Shown here piece by piece: positions 39,082 through 48,700 of a DNA stretch of 64,000 nt (positions are counted from its first letter, which is position 1; every line of letters begins with the position of its first letter). Where the stretch lies: positions 4,608,001-4,672,000 of the forward strand of contig OZ220089.1 of assembly GCA_964291625.2 (NCBI GenBank), written 5' to 3'. The translations under genes and the position numbers were made by a program. The notes under the pieces are model-generated. The model was not told the DNA's origin, made no database searches, and saw only the letters and a program-made list of their open reading frames with translations. This DNA comes from Candidatus Latescibacterota bacterium (GTDB taxonomy: Bacteria; Latescibacterota; UBA2968; UBA8231).

Positions 39082-40284
39082 ATGCCGGACGCCTCGCAAC
39101 GTGCAGCTCGCCACGTTCTCCTGATCGCCACGATGCTCGTCGGCATCGGCGTCGTCATGGTGTACAGCTCCAGCTCGGCCCTGGCGGGAGCGAAGTTCGA
39201 GAACAGCGGATTCTTCCTTCAGCGCCAGCTGATGAGGGCCGCCTTCGGCCTGATCATGATGCTCCTCCTCTCGCGGGTGCCCCTCTCTCTGTGGCGTCTG
39301 CTGGCGCGGCCCCTGCTCCTGGTGGGCATCCTGCTCCTCGTCCTGGTGCTCATCCTGGGCGAGGGCCGGGGGGCGCAGCGCTGGCTTCCCTTCGGGCTGC
39401 CCTCCCTCGCCACCCTGTCCTTCCAGCCTTCCGAGTTCGTCAAGCTCGTCCTCGTCCTCTACCTGGCAGACGTGCTGGCACGGAAGCAAAGCGACATGGG
39501 CGACTGGAGACTGGGCCTGGCCCCCCGGCTCGCGGTGATCTCTGTCGTTCAGGTCCTGATCGTCCTGCAGCCCGACCTCGGCACGGCCCTGGCCATCAGC
39601 GCCATCTCCATGGTCATCCTCTGGCTCGGCGGGGCGGGCACCTCCCACCTGGCCCTGGTGGCCTCAGGGGCCGGCTTGGTGGCGGGCTGGTCGGTGCTGT
39701 CCTCGCCCTACCAGCTCGAGCGCGTGCGGACCTTCCTCGTGGGAGCGGATCCGCAGGGGGCCGGCTTCCAGGTGGACCAGGCGCTGCTGGCTCTCGGCAG
39801 CGGGGGCTGGCTCGGCGTCGGCCTCGGCAACAGCATGCAGAAGCACTACCTGCCAGAGCCACATACCGACTTCGTCTTCGCCTTCGTCGGCGAGGAACTC
39901 GGCTTGCTCGGCGCCCTGAGCATCATCTGCCTCTTCGTGGCCCTGTCCGTCCACGGCTACCGGATCGCCACGAGGGCCGCCACCTTCCACGGATTCCTCG
40001 TGGCCTCCGGGATCACGGTGATGGTGGGGACCTACGCTCTGCTCAACGTCGCCGTGGCAACCGGCCTCATGCCGACCACGGGACTGCCCCTGCCCTTCGT
40101 CAGCTACGGCGGATCCTCGCTGCTGCTGAACCTGAGCGGCATCGGCCTTCTCGCCGCCGTGGCCCGCGAGAAGGTACCGGCCGCGTCGACGGCCTGGCGC
40201 CGGCGCGGAGAGCTGTCGCGGCCCCATCCACCAGGCACCGATGACTACTGGGTCCCACGCCCGGCACCGGCGGGCAGCCAATGA
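39082..40284 (+). CDS. ftsW: SEDS peptidoglycan glycosyltransferase FtsW
   Basis: MVYSSS, GAQRW, FQPSEF.K, QPDLGT, LPEPHTDF, GLPLPFVSYGGSS. Confidence 0.95.
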   Translation: MPDASQRAARHVLLIATMLVGIGVVMVYSSSSALAGAKFENSGFFLQRQLMRAAFGLIMMLLLSRVPLSLWRLLARPLLLVGILLLVLVLILGEGRGAQRWLPFGLPSLATLSFQPSEFVKLVLVLYLADVLARKQSDMGDWRLGLAPRLAVISVVQVLIVLQPDLGTALAISAISMVILWLGGAGTSHLALVASGAGLVAGWSVLSSPYQLERVRTFLVGADPQGAGFQVDQALLALGSGGWLGVGLGNSMQKHYLPEPHTDFVFAFVGEELGLLGALSIICLFVALSVHGYRIATRAATFHGFLVASGITVMVGTYALLNVAVATGLMPTTGLPLPFVSYGGSSLLLNLSGIGLLAAVAREKVPAASTAWRRRGELSRPHPPGTDDYWVPRPAPAGSQ

Positions 40285-41687
40285 GAATGCCTCTTCGGGA
40301 CCGCGGAGCCCGTGCCGGAGAACCTCTCGGGGCGGGGGTGAAGCGAGTGCACATGGTCGGCATAGGCGGCGCCGGCATGGAGGCCCTGGCACGGCTCCTG
40401 GTCGATCTCGGCTACCGGGTGAGCGGTTCCGACGCGGCCGCTGGCCCCGGGGTCACCGACCTCCAGCAGTCGGGTGTTCCCGTGCGCGTCGGCCACCACG
40501 CATCGCAGGTCGAGGGCGCCGATCTCCTCGTGTACTCCTCGGCCGTGGACGAGGAGAACTGCGAGCGCCGGGCCGCGGCGCGTCTGGGGATCGAGCAGTG
40601 GTCGAGGGCCCGCGCCCTGGGCGCCGTGAGCCGCACCTGCTATACGGTGGCCGTGGCCGGCACTCACGGCAAGACGACGACGGCTTCCCTGATTGTCGGT
40701 GCCCTGCGCTGCGCGGGGCACGAGCCCCGGGTCGCCATCGGCGGCTGGATGGGGGGGCGTCCGCAACCGACGGCCCGGTCCGGAGACCTGCTGGTGGTCG
40801 AGGCGGACGAATATCGCCGCGCCTTCCACGAACTCGAGCCCTGGATCTCGGTGGTCACCAACATCGAGATGGAGCACGTCGACTGCTTTGACGGCCGCGA
40901 CGACCTCGTCGAGGCCTTCGGCGTCTTCCTCTCCCGGTGCCGGCGCGGGGGCGGCGTCGCCGTCAATGGCGACGACGAGCTTTGCCGGGCGGCGGCTGTG
41001 CGGTCGCGGGCGGACGCGTCCCTGACCTTCGGTTTCGGACCCTCCTGCCAGGTGCGCGCCGAAGCCCTGGCGCCGACGGGCACGGGATCGGCCTTCGCCG
41101 TCCACCTGGACGGAGAGCGTCGGCCGGTCGACCTGGGCGTCCCGGGGAGGCATAATGTCAGCAACGCCCTGGCGGCCATCGCCGCGACCCGCCTGATGGG
41201 CCTGGCCTGGGAGCCGGTCTCCTCGGCCCTGCGCCGCTTCACCGGGGTGGATCGGCGCTACCAGTCCCGGGGGGAGGTGGAGGGGGTGGCCATCGTCGAC
41301 GACTACGCGCACCATCCGACGGAGGTCTCGGCCACGGTGGCGACGGCAGCGGCGACCGGGAGAAGGGTGACCGCCGTTTTTCAGCCCCACACCTACTCCC
41401 GTACGCGCCACTTCCACGAGGCGTTTGCCGAGTCCCTGCTCAACGCCCACAGGGTGTGCGTGACCTCCGTCTACGCGGCCCGGGAAAGCCCGGATCTGGG
41501 GGACGAGGGGGATGTCATCGTCGACGATCTGCGGCGCCTGGGACACCATCGGGCGCGCTTCGTGGCCGAGGCCGACCTCGCCCTGTCCCGCTCCCTGGCG
41601 GAGTGCGCCGCCGGTGACCTTCTCCTGGTGATGGGGGCCGGGGACATCGGCGACCACCTCGGGGACCTTCTGGAGGGTACGGCCTGA
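40281..41687 (+). CDS. murC: UDP-MurNAc:L-alanine ligase
   Basis: GIGGAGM, VSGSD, AGTHGKTTT, EADE, DDYAHHPTE, FQPH, MGAGDI; start uncertain. Confidence 0.95.
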   Translation: MRMPLRDRGARAGEPLGAGVKRVHMVGIGGAGMEALARLLVDLGYRVSGSDAAAGPGVTDLQQSGVPVRVGHHASQVEGADLLVYSSAVDEENCERRAAARLGIEQWSRARALGAVSRTCYTVAVAGTHGKTTTASLIVGALRCAGHEPRVAIGGWMGGRPQPTARSGDLLVVEADEYRRAFHELEPWISVVTNIEMEHVDCFDGRDDLVEAFGVFLSRCRRGGGVAVNGDDELCRAAAVRSRADASLTFGFGPSCQVRAEALAPTGTGSAFAVHLDGERRPVDLGVPGRHNVSNALAAIAATRLMGLAWEPVSSALRRFTGVDRRYQSRGEVEGVAIVDDYAHHPTEVSATVATAAATGRRVTAVFQPHTYSRTRHFHEAFAESLLNAHRVCVTSVYAARESPDLGDEGDVIVDDLRRLGHHRARFVAEADLALSRSLAECAAGDLLLVMGAGDIGDHLGDLLEGTA

Positions 41688-41688
41688 G

Positions 41689-42558
41689 ATGACGCCGCGG
41701 AAGAAGGCCGGGCAGGCCGGAGTGCCCATGGCCTCCCCGGCCGGGGCTCCGGGACACCGGTGGCGGCGGCCTGTGCTGGCGGCGGGCCTGGCGGCGGTGA
41801 CGGCTCTGACTCTCGGCATCCAGGGAGCGCAGTCGACGCCGATGGAGTCTCCCTTCCGCGTCGACATCCTCGAGGTGCGCGGCCTCCGCCTGCTGCACGG
41901 GGACATGATTCTCGCTGCCAGCGGCATCGCGGCGGGGGCGGAACTCTTCGACATCGACCCGGACCGGCTGGCCGAGCGTCTCAGGCGCCTGGTGTGGGTG
42001 CGAGAGGCGCGGGTGGTGCGCAGGCCTCCGGACCGCCTGATCGTCCATCTCGAGGAACGCCGCCGGACCGCCTGGGTCGATTGGCGCGGCGTCCAGTACG
42101 GCCTCGACCCGGAAGGGGTCCTGCTGCCGCCCGAGCGACTGCCCGCGGAGAGCATCGCGGATCTCGATCTGCCGGTGTTGCGGGTACGCTCCCTGGTCGC
42201 CGGGGGGGACACGGTGAGGCCGGGGAAGGTAGTGACCGACAGCACCGCCCTCCGATTGCTGGGGTGGCTGGGTGAGGCCTCGGAGCAGGCTCCCGACCTG
42301 GCCTCGGAGATCTCCCAGCTCACCGACTTCGATGGTCTCAGCCTGGGGATGCGGCTGGTGGCCGACGGGCTCGAGGTCCGGGTCCCTCCAGACCGAGTGG
42401 AGGAGCGGATGGCCGTTCTGCGGGAAGTCCTCAAGCGCGTCTACCGGGAGGTTCCAAACCCCTCCTACGTCGATCTGAGGTTTGCGGGCCAGGCCGTCGT
42501 CGGCTCGCACAAAGAGGCAAGGAACCCAATGGGCGGTGCCCACCACAGGAAGAGATGA
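41689..42558 (+). CDS. ftsQ: Cell division protein FtsQ/DivIB
   Basis: TM plus POTRA (WV..A.V.R..PD.L...L.ER) and C-terminal YVDLRF. Confidence 0.88.
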   Translation: MTPRKKAGQAGVPMASPAGAPGHRWRRPVLAAGLAAVTALTLGIQGAQSTPMESPFRVDILEVRGLRLLHGDMILAASGIAAGAELFDIDPDRLAERLRRLVWVREARVVRRPPDRLIVHLEERRRTAWVDWRGVQYGLDPEGVLLPPERLPAESIADLDLPVLRVRSLVAGGDTVRPGKVVTDSTALRLLGWLGEASEQAPDLASEISQLTDFDGLSLGMRLVADGLEVRVPPDRVEERMAVLREVLKRVYREVPNPSYVDLRFAGQAVVGSHKEARNPMGGAHHRKR

Positions 42559-42595
42559 CGAGAGCAGAAACCAACAACCGAAGGAGAGCAGGAAC

Positions 42596-43705
42596 ATGAC
42601 TTTCGAGATCATCGACTTCGAGCGCTGCGCGAACATCAAGGTCGTCGGTGTCGGAGGCGCCGGCGGCAACGCCATCAACCGGATGGTGGCCTCGGGTATG
42701 CGCGGCGTGGAATTCGTCGCCGTCAACACGGACAGCCAGGACCTCGAGGCGTCGGCGGCGGATGTCGGCATCTGCATCGGCGAGAGCGTCACTCGAGGCC
42801 TGGGTGCCGGCGCCAAACCAGAGATCGGACGCGCCTCGATCGAAGAGGACCGCGACAGGGTCGCCGAGAGGCTGCAGGACACCGACCTGGTGTTCATCAC
42901 GGCGGGGATGGGAGGGGGTACGGGGACCGGGGCGGCGCCGATAGCCGCCCAGATCGCCAAGGAACTGGGCTCCCTCACCGTGGGAATCGTGACCGAGCCC
43001 TTCCACTTCGAGGGTCTTCCCCGGATGCGCAATGCCCAGGCGGGCATCTCGGAGTTGCAGGAGCACGTGGACACGCTGATCGTGATCAAGAACGAGCGCC
43101 TCCTGTCGATCGTCTCTCGGGACACCACTCTGGAGGAGGCCTTCAACCAGGCCGACGAAGTGCTGTTGCAGGCCACCCGGGGCATCGCCGATCTGATCAC
43201 CATCCCCGGCATGATCAACCTCGACTTCAACGATGTGAGGACGGTGATCACCGAAGGCGGCGACGCGATCATCGCCGTCGGCGCCCACCAGGGGGAGAAC
43301 CGGGCCGTGGAGGCGGCCAAGAAAGCGATCAAGAGCCCCCTCATAGGGGAGATCTCCATCAACGGCGCCCGCGGAGCGCTGATCAACATCACCGCCGGCT
43401 CGAGCCTCACCCTCTTCGAGGCCAACGAAGCGGCGCAGATCATCCAGGAGGCCGCGGGCAGCGAGGCCAACATCATCTTCGGGACGGTGATCGACCCGGC
43501 CATCGAGGACGAGATGCGGGTCACCGTCATCGCCACCGGCTTCCACCTCAACCAGCGGCCCACGCACTTCGATCCCGAGCCGGCCGCACCCCAGGCCCGC
43601 CCGCAGCGCGGCCAGGCCCCTCAGCCGGAGGCGGAGGCGGGGGCGGGGGCTTCCGAGTGGGGCGACCTCGACTACCCGGCCGTCCTGAGGCGTCGAATGG
43701 CCTGA
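42596..43705 (+). CDS. ftsZ: Cell division protein FtsZ
   Basis: GGGTGTG tubulin signature, INLDFND, C-terminal DLDYPAVLRR; AAGGAG RBS. Confidence 0.98.
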   Translation: MTFEIIDFERCANIKVVGVGGAGGNAINRMVASGMRGVEFVAVNTDSQDLEASAADVGICIGESVTRGLGAGAKPEIGRASIEEDRDRVAERLQDTDLVFITAGMGGGTGTGAAPIAAQIAKELGSLTVGIVTEPFHFEGLPRMRNAQAGISELQEHVDTLIVIKNERLLSIVSRDTTLEEAFNQADEVLLQATRGIADLITIPGMINLDFNDVRTVITEGGDAIIAVGAHQGENRAVEAAKKAIKSPLIGEISINGARGALINITAGSSLTLFEANEAAQIIQEAAGSEANIIFGTVIDPAIEDEMRVTVIATGFHLNQRPTHFDPEPAAPQARPQRGQAPQPEAEAGAGASEWGDLDYPAVLRRRMA

Positions 43706-43806
43706 TTGCATCCCCCGGCGGTTTGCGCCGCCGTCTGGCCGGAGCTATTATCGGTTTTCGTAACTCCTTGACCAGTGTGAGCTTACCAACCTGGGGCATT
43801 CACGAG

Positions 43807-44259
43807 ATGGATGTGCGCGTCGGCATAATCATGGGAAGCCGCTCCGATGAGCCGGTGATGGCCAAGGCCAGCGTCCTGCTCGAGGAGCTCGGCATCGGCT
43901 CCGAGACCGTGGTCAGTTCAGCCCACCGCAACCCGGAGCGCACCGCCGCCTGGGCGCAAGATGCGGCCGGGCGCGGTCTCAGGGTGCTCATCGCCGGCGC
44001 AGGCATGGCGGCGGCTCTCCCGGGTGTGGTGGCCGCGCACACGACCCTGCCCGTGGTCGGCGTACCCATCGCCTCCGGCGCGCTCAACGGCGTCGATGCC
44101 CTGTACGCCATCGTGCAGATGCCGCCGGGTGTCCCGGTGGCCACGGTGGGAATCGACAATGCCCGCAACGCCGCCCTCCTGGCGGCGCAGATCCTCGCCC
44201 TCGAAGACCGGGCGGTCGCCGACGCCCTGACTCGCTACCGGGAGCAGTGGAACGCGTAG
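43807..44259 (+). CDS. purE: N5-CAIR mutase
   Basis: IMGS.SD, SAHR.P, AALPG, VQMPPGVPVATV. Confidence 0.96.
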   Translation: MDVRVGIIMGSRSDEPVMAKASVLLEELGIGSETVVSSAHRNPERTAAWAQDAAGRGLRVLIAGAGMAAALPGVVAAHTTLPVVGVPIASGALNGVDALYAIVQMPPGVPVATVGIDNARNAALLAAQILALEDRAVADALTRYREQWNA

Positions 44260-44321
44260 TGCCGGGGCCGCGCCCAGCCGTCCGCCGAGACCTGCGGATC
44301 CGGCGGCGCGGCCGGTCCGAG

Positions 44322-44351
44322 CAGGAATACCGACAGGAATACCGAAAGGAA
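44322..44351. repeat. 12-bp tandem direct repeat upstream of kptA
   Basis: CAGGAATACCGA twice followed by AAGGAA. Confidence 0.8.
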
Positions 44352-44361
44352 CGCATGCCCC

Positions 44362-45198
44362 GTGCCTGACCGAAGACGCATCTCCAAGCTCCTCTCCCTC
44401 ATCCTCCGCCATCATCCCGACGAGTTCGGGCTGAACATGGACGAGTACGGATACATGCCTCTCGACGAGGTGGTGGAGGCCGTGCAGCAGCGCTACTCCG
44501 CCGTCGAGGAGGAGGACATCCGCGACCTCATCGATACCTCCCGCCAGCGGCGTTTCGAGATCGTCGACGATCGCATCCGCGCCCTCTACGGCCACACTTT
44601 CTACGTCGAGATGGACGGGGAGCCGATGGATCCTCCCGAGAGCCTGTTCCTGTGCGTCTCGGCGGCCCAGGTGCGGCGCATGAGGGAGGAAGGTATCCGC
44701 TCCGAGGACCGCTCCTACCTGCACCTGTCCCCCACCCGCGAGATCGCCGAGTCGCGCGCCGGAGCGGTGACCGACCCTTGTGTCGTCGAGGTCCATGCCG
44801 AGGCCGCGGCGCGCGAGGCCGAAGTGGAGTTCTGGGACCGCGGAGAGGTCGTGCTGACGCGGCAGACGATCGCCACCGAGTTCGTCGGAGAGGCCATCGA
44901 GATCGAGGCCCCCCCGGCCGTCGACGGGGGACGTGAGTCCCGCGGAGGCCGGCGCGGACGGCGCGGACGCGACGGCCGGGGCAGGGGGGAGCGCTCAGGG
45001 GGCGACTCCGGGCAGGGGCAGCGTCCCCCGCGGGAGCGTCCCCCCGCGGACCGGGCGCCCGTGTCAGGCAGCCCGGCCCCTCGCCGGGAGGCGCCGATGC
45101 TGACGGCCCCGGTACGGGGCAACGGCGAGGCCCCCGGGCGGCAGGAGATCAGCTACGGCCGCCGCCCGAAATTCGAGCAGGGGTCCGGGCGGCGCTGA
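44362..45198 (+). CDS. kptA: RNA 2'-phosphotransferase Tpt1/KptA family protein with Arg/Gly-rich tail
   Basis: SKLLSLILRH.P, RFE, IRA.YGH, R..LHLS. Confidence 0.8.
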   Translation: MPDRRRISKLLSLILRHHPDEFGLNMDEYGYMPLDEVVEAVQQRYSAVEEEDIRDLIDTSRQRRFEIVDDRIRALYGHTFYVEMDGEPMDPPESLFLCVSAAQVRRMREEGIRSEDRSYLHLSPTREIAESRAGAVTDPCVVEVHAEAAAREAEVEFWDRGEVVLTRQTIATEFVGEAIEIEAPPAVDGGRESRGGRRGRRGRDGRGRGERSGGDSGQGQRPPRERPPADRAPVSGSPAPRREAPMLTAPVRGNGEAPGRQEISYGRRPKFEQGSGRR

Positions 45199-45418
45199 GG
45201 CTCGCGGGCAGCCCCGTCCGCCGCCTCCGGCCCTTGGGCCGGACCGTCCCGCCCGGCCCCCGAGGGCCCTTCTGCCAGACAGCCTCCCTCGCCCGGCCGG
45301 GCGACGGTGATTCCGAAGCCCCTTCCGGCCCTCCTGAGGAGGGCCGTCCCGGCGGGTTGCCCCGGGGCGCCCGGTGGTGGAGGTTCACTGCCAAGGACGC
45401 TCGAACCGGGAGGGGACC

Positions 45419-45757
45419 GTGAAGAAGATCGAGGCCTACATCAAGCCCTTCAAGCTGGACGATGTGAAGACGGCGCTGGCCGAGGTCGGCGTGCAGGGGA
45501 TGTCGGTGAGCGAGGTGCGGGGTTTCGGCCGGCAGAGGGGGCACAGCGAAGTCTATCGCGGCGCCGAGTACACGGTCGATTTCATGCCCAAGATCAAAAT
45601 CGAGGTCATCCTCTCTCCGGAGAACCTTCAGGAGGCGGTGGAGGCCATCCTCGAAGGGGCCCGGACCGGACAGGTGGGCGATGGCAAGATCGTGGTCTCC
45701 GATCTACAGGAGGTGATCCGCATCCGCACGGGTGAATCGGGCGAGAACGCGGTGTAG
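45419..45757 (+). CDS. glnB: Nitrogen regulatory protein P-II
   Basis: 112 aa; KPFKL, GFGRQ.G, YRGAEY, TG..GDGKI, RIRTGE. Confidence 0.95.
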   Translation: MKKIEAYIKPFKLDDVKTALAEVGVQGMSVSEVRGFGRQRGHSEVYRGAEYTVDFMPKIKIEVILSPENLQEAVEAILEGARTGQVGDGKIVVSDLQEVIRIRTGESGENAV

Positions 45758-45759
45758 CC

Positions 45760-48700
45760 GTGGGCGACCCCCTCGGCCTGGCGCGCGCCATCCTCCGAGC
45801 CGAGCCGGGGGCCGCGGCGCTGCTCGGCGAGTCGGGATTCAGGGACCCGGCGTCGGCGGCCCGGTCCCTCGAGCGGCTCTGCCGTCCGGCGGCCGAGCCG
45901 CCGATGCCCGCCGGAGTGCTGGCGGCCATCCTAGCCTCCGGGCGGCCCGGCCGGGCCTTGCATGGCATGGAGCGCTTCGTGGAGGCCTCCGGTGCCCGCG
46001 CCGAGCTCTACCGCCGCCTGGACGCGTCCACCCCCCTGCGCGAGGGGCTCGCCCGCATCCTCGCCCACAGCTCCTTCCTCACCGATCTCCTGGTTCGCAG
46101 CCCCGAACATCTCCACTGGCTGTTCGAGGAGACACCCCACTTGACCGGGCCGCTGGCCGCGGCCGAGCTGAGGGCCCGACAACAGCAATCCCTCCGGGGC
46201 CTCGAGGGGTCCGCCTGGGAGGCCGCCCTGCGCCGCTTCCACGGTCGCGAGCTGCTGCGTATCGGCACGGCCGAGATCCTCGGCTGCAAGGACGTCTCCC
46301 AAGTGGGGCGGGAACTCTCGGAGCTCGCCGACGTCACCGTGGAGGCCGTCCTCGATCACCAGGCGCGGTCCCTTCACCGGAGCCACGGCCGCCCTTCGAC
46401 CGAGCGCGGACGCCCGTCCCCTTTCTGCGTCGTCGGCCTGGGCAAATACGGCGGCCTGGAGCTGAACTTCAGTTCCGACATCGATCTGCTGTTCCTGTAC
46501 GAAGAGGACGGCAGGGTGGTGGACTCGAGGGGCGTCCAGGGGATCGCCAACGGCGTGTTCTTCGACCGCCTGGCCGAGGGGCTGATCCAGGTGCTCACCG
46601 AGGTGACGCCTGAAGGCTTCCTCTATCGGGTGGACATGCGGCTGCGGCCCGAGGGGGAGCGCGGCCCCCTGACCCGCTCCCTGCGCAGCTACTGGATCTA
46701 CTACGAGAGCCGCGGCGAGTTGTGGGAGCGGCAGATGCTGATCAAGGCGAGGCGCGCAGCCGGCTCCTCCGGGCTCTGGCGGCGTTTTCGCGACATGCTG
46801 GTTCCCTTCGTCTATCCCGCCCACTTCACGGTCTCCCCGAGCGAGGAGATCCGGCGGATCAAGGAGCGCATCGAGGCCGAGGCGCGGAACCGGCCGGAAG
46901 GAGGGAACAACATCAAGCTCCAGCCCGGGGGGATCCGCGATATCGAGTTCGCGGTGCAGTGCCTGCAGCTTCTCCACGGCCGGCGAAGCGAGCGCACCCG
47001 GGCCGCCGGCACCCTGCCCTCCATCGAGAGGCTGCGGCAGGCGGGGGCTCTCTCGGCCGGGGAGGCCCGGGCCCTCGGCCAGGCCTACCGCTTCCTGCGG
47101 CGCCTGGAGAACCTGCTGCAGATCGACTCCGGCCGACCGACCTACACCGTCCCGGAGGACGGGTCGGAGCCGGCCGAGGCGCTGAGGGACCGGCTGCAAC
47201 TCGGCGGCCGGAGCCTGTCGTCGTCGGTCGCCTCCCACCTGTCGGCGGTGCGGGGGGTGTACGAGTCCGTCTTCGGAAGCGCCCGGGGGCCGGCGTCGGA
47301 CCCCGGCGCCGAGGACCCCCGGTGGCTTCTCGATGCGCCGGCCGGTTCGGAAGGCGTCCGGCGGTCGTTGGAAGCCGCCGGGTTCCGCCAGGTCGAGACC
47401 GCCCACCGGCTCCTTCGGCAGCTGGGGGGGCCCCCGTTGACCTCCTCGGGGCTCGACAACCTGAAGGAGCTGCTGGTCCCGCTCCTGCCCCAGCTGGCGG
47501 CCACACCCGACCCGGACGGGGCTCTCCTCCGGTTCGTCGGCGTCATCGAGGCCTATGGGGCGCCCGGGGCCTTCTACGGAATGGCTCTCGCCCACCCGCG
47601 GTTCCTGGCCATGCTGGTCACGATCTGCGGCCGGAGCGCGCTCCTGGCGGGGCTGCTGCAGCGCGATCCGGGGCTGCTCGACGAGTTGGTCGGGCTCGAC
47701 TTCAGCGGCCGGATGCCGCGCCTCGAACGGGAGACCCGCGTCGATCTCTCGCGGCTGCGGCGGTACCGCAACAACGCCCTCCTGCGGATCGGCACGGACG
47801 ACCTGCTGGGACTCACTCCGAGCGAGGAGACCTTCCTGCGGATCAGCGATCTGGCCGACGAGGTGGTCTCGGCCGTGGTCGACGACGCCCTGACGGCGGT
47901 CGCCCGCCGGCGGGGCCGGCCCCACAGCGGCCGCCGTCTGGACCGGGACGCCCGGTTCGCCTGCTTTGCCGGCGGCAAGGCGGGTGGTCGGGAGCTGGAC
48001 TTCGCCTCGGATCTCGACCTGTTCTTTCTCTACGAGGGGGAGGGGCGAACCGGCCGGGGAGTCGACAACGCCGAGTACTTCGACGCCGTCGTCCGGCAGG
48101 TCATCCAGGTCCTGGGCGAGGGACTCTTCGAGGTCGACGCACGACTTCGGCCCGAGGGCCGGAGAGCGCCGGTGGTCATCAGCCTGCCCGCCTACCGCAA
48201 ATACCTGCGCACCCGTGCCTCCACGTGGGAGCGTCTCGCCCTTTCCCGGGCCCGCCACATCGCCGGGGACCGGGATCTGGGGCGGCGGGTCCTCCGGGCC
48301 GTGGACGCCTTCGTGTACGGCACTCCCCTGACCCCGGGGATGGTCGACGAGATCGCCGGCATACGGCGCCGGATGCAGCCGAAGGCGGCCTCGGGCCGGG
48401 GGCCTGTCCTCGATGTCAAGCGGGGTCCCGGCGGAATTGTGGATGCGGAGTTTATTGCCCAGATTCTGCTGCTCCATCACGGGGCCCGCCAGCGCGACCT
48501 GAGGGACACGAGCACCCCTGTCGTCCTGGAGCGGCTGATCGCCGCCGGGCTCCTCGATGGCCAGGAGGGCGGCGCCCTGCTGGCCGCCTACGAGCGGCTG
48601 CGGCAGCTTCAGAAGGCCCTGCGCCTCGGCGAGGGGCACTCCAGCCATGTCCTGCCGGCCGACCCCGCGGCGGCCGGGATCCTCGCCCGGGCCATGGGCG

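Noticed and set aside
40262-40280. MurG remnant (GTGG) just before the murC start
   Set aside because: A four-residue Gly-rich match is expected by chance in GC-rich DNA.
45199-45418. Sigma54 promoter or ncRNA upstream of glnB
   Set aside because: No TGGCAC-N5-TTGC match, only short GC-rich stems.
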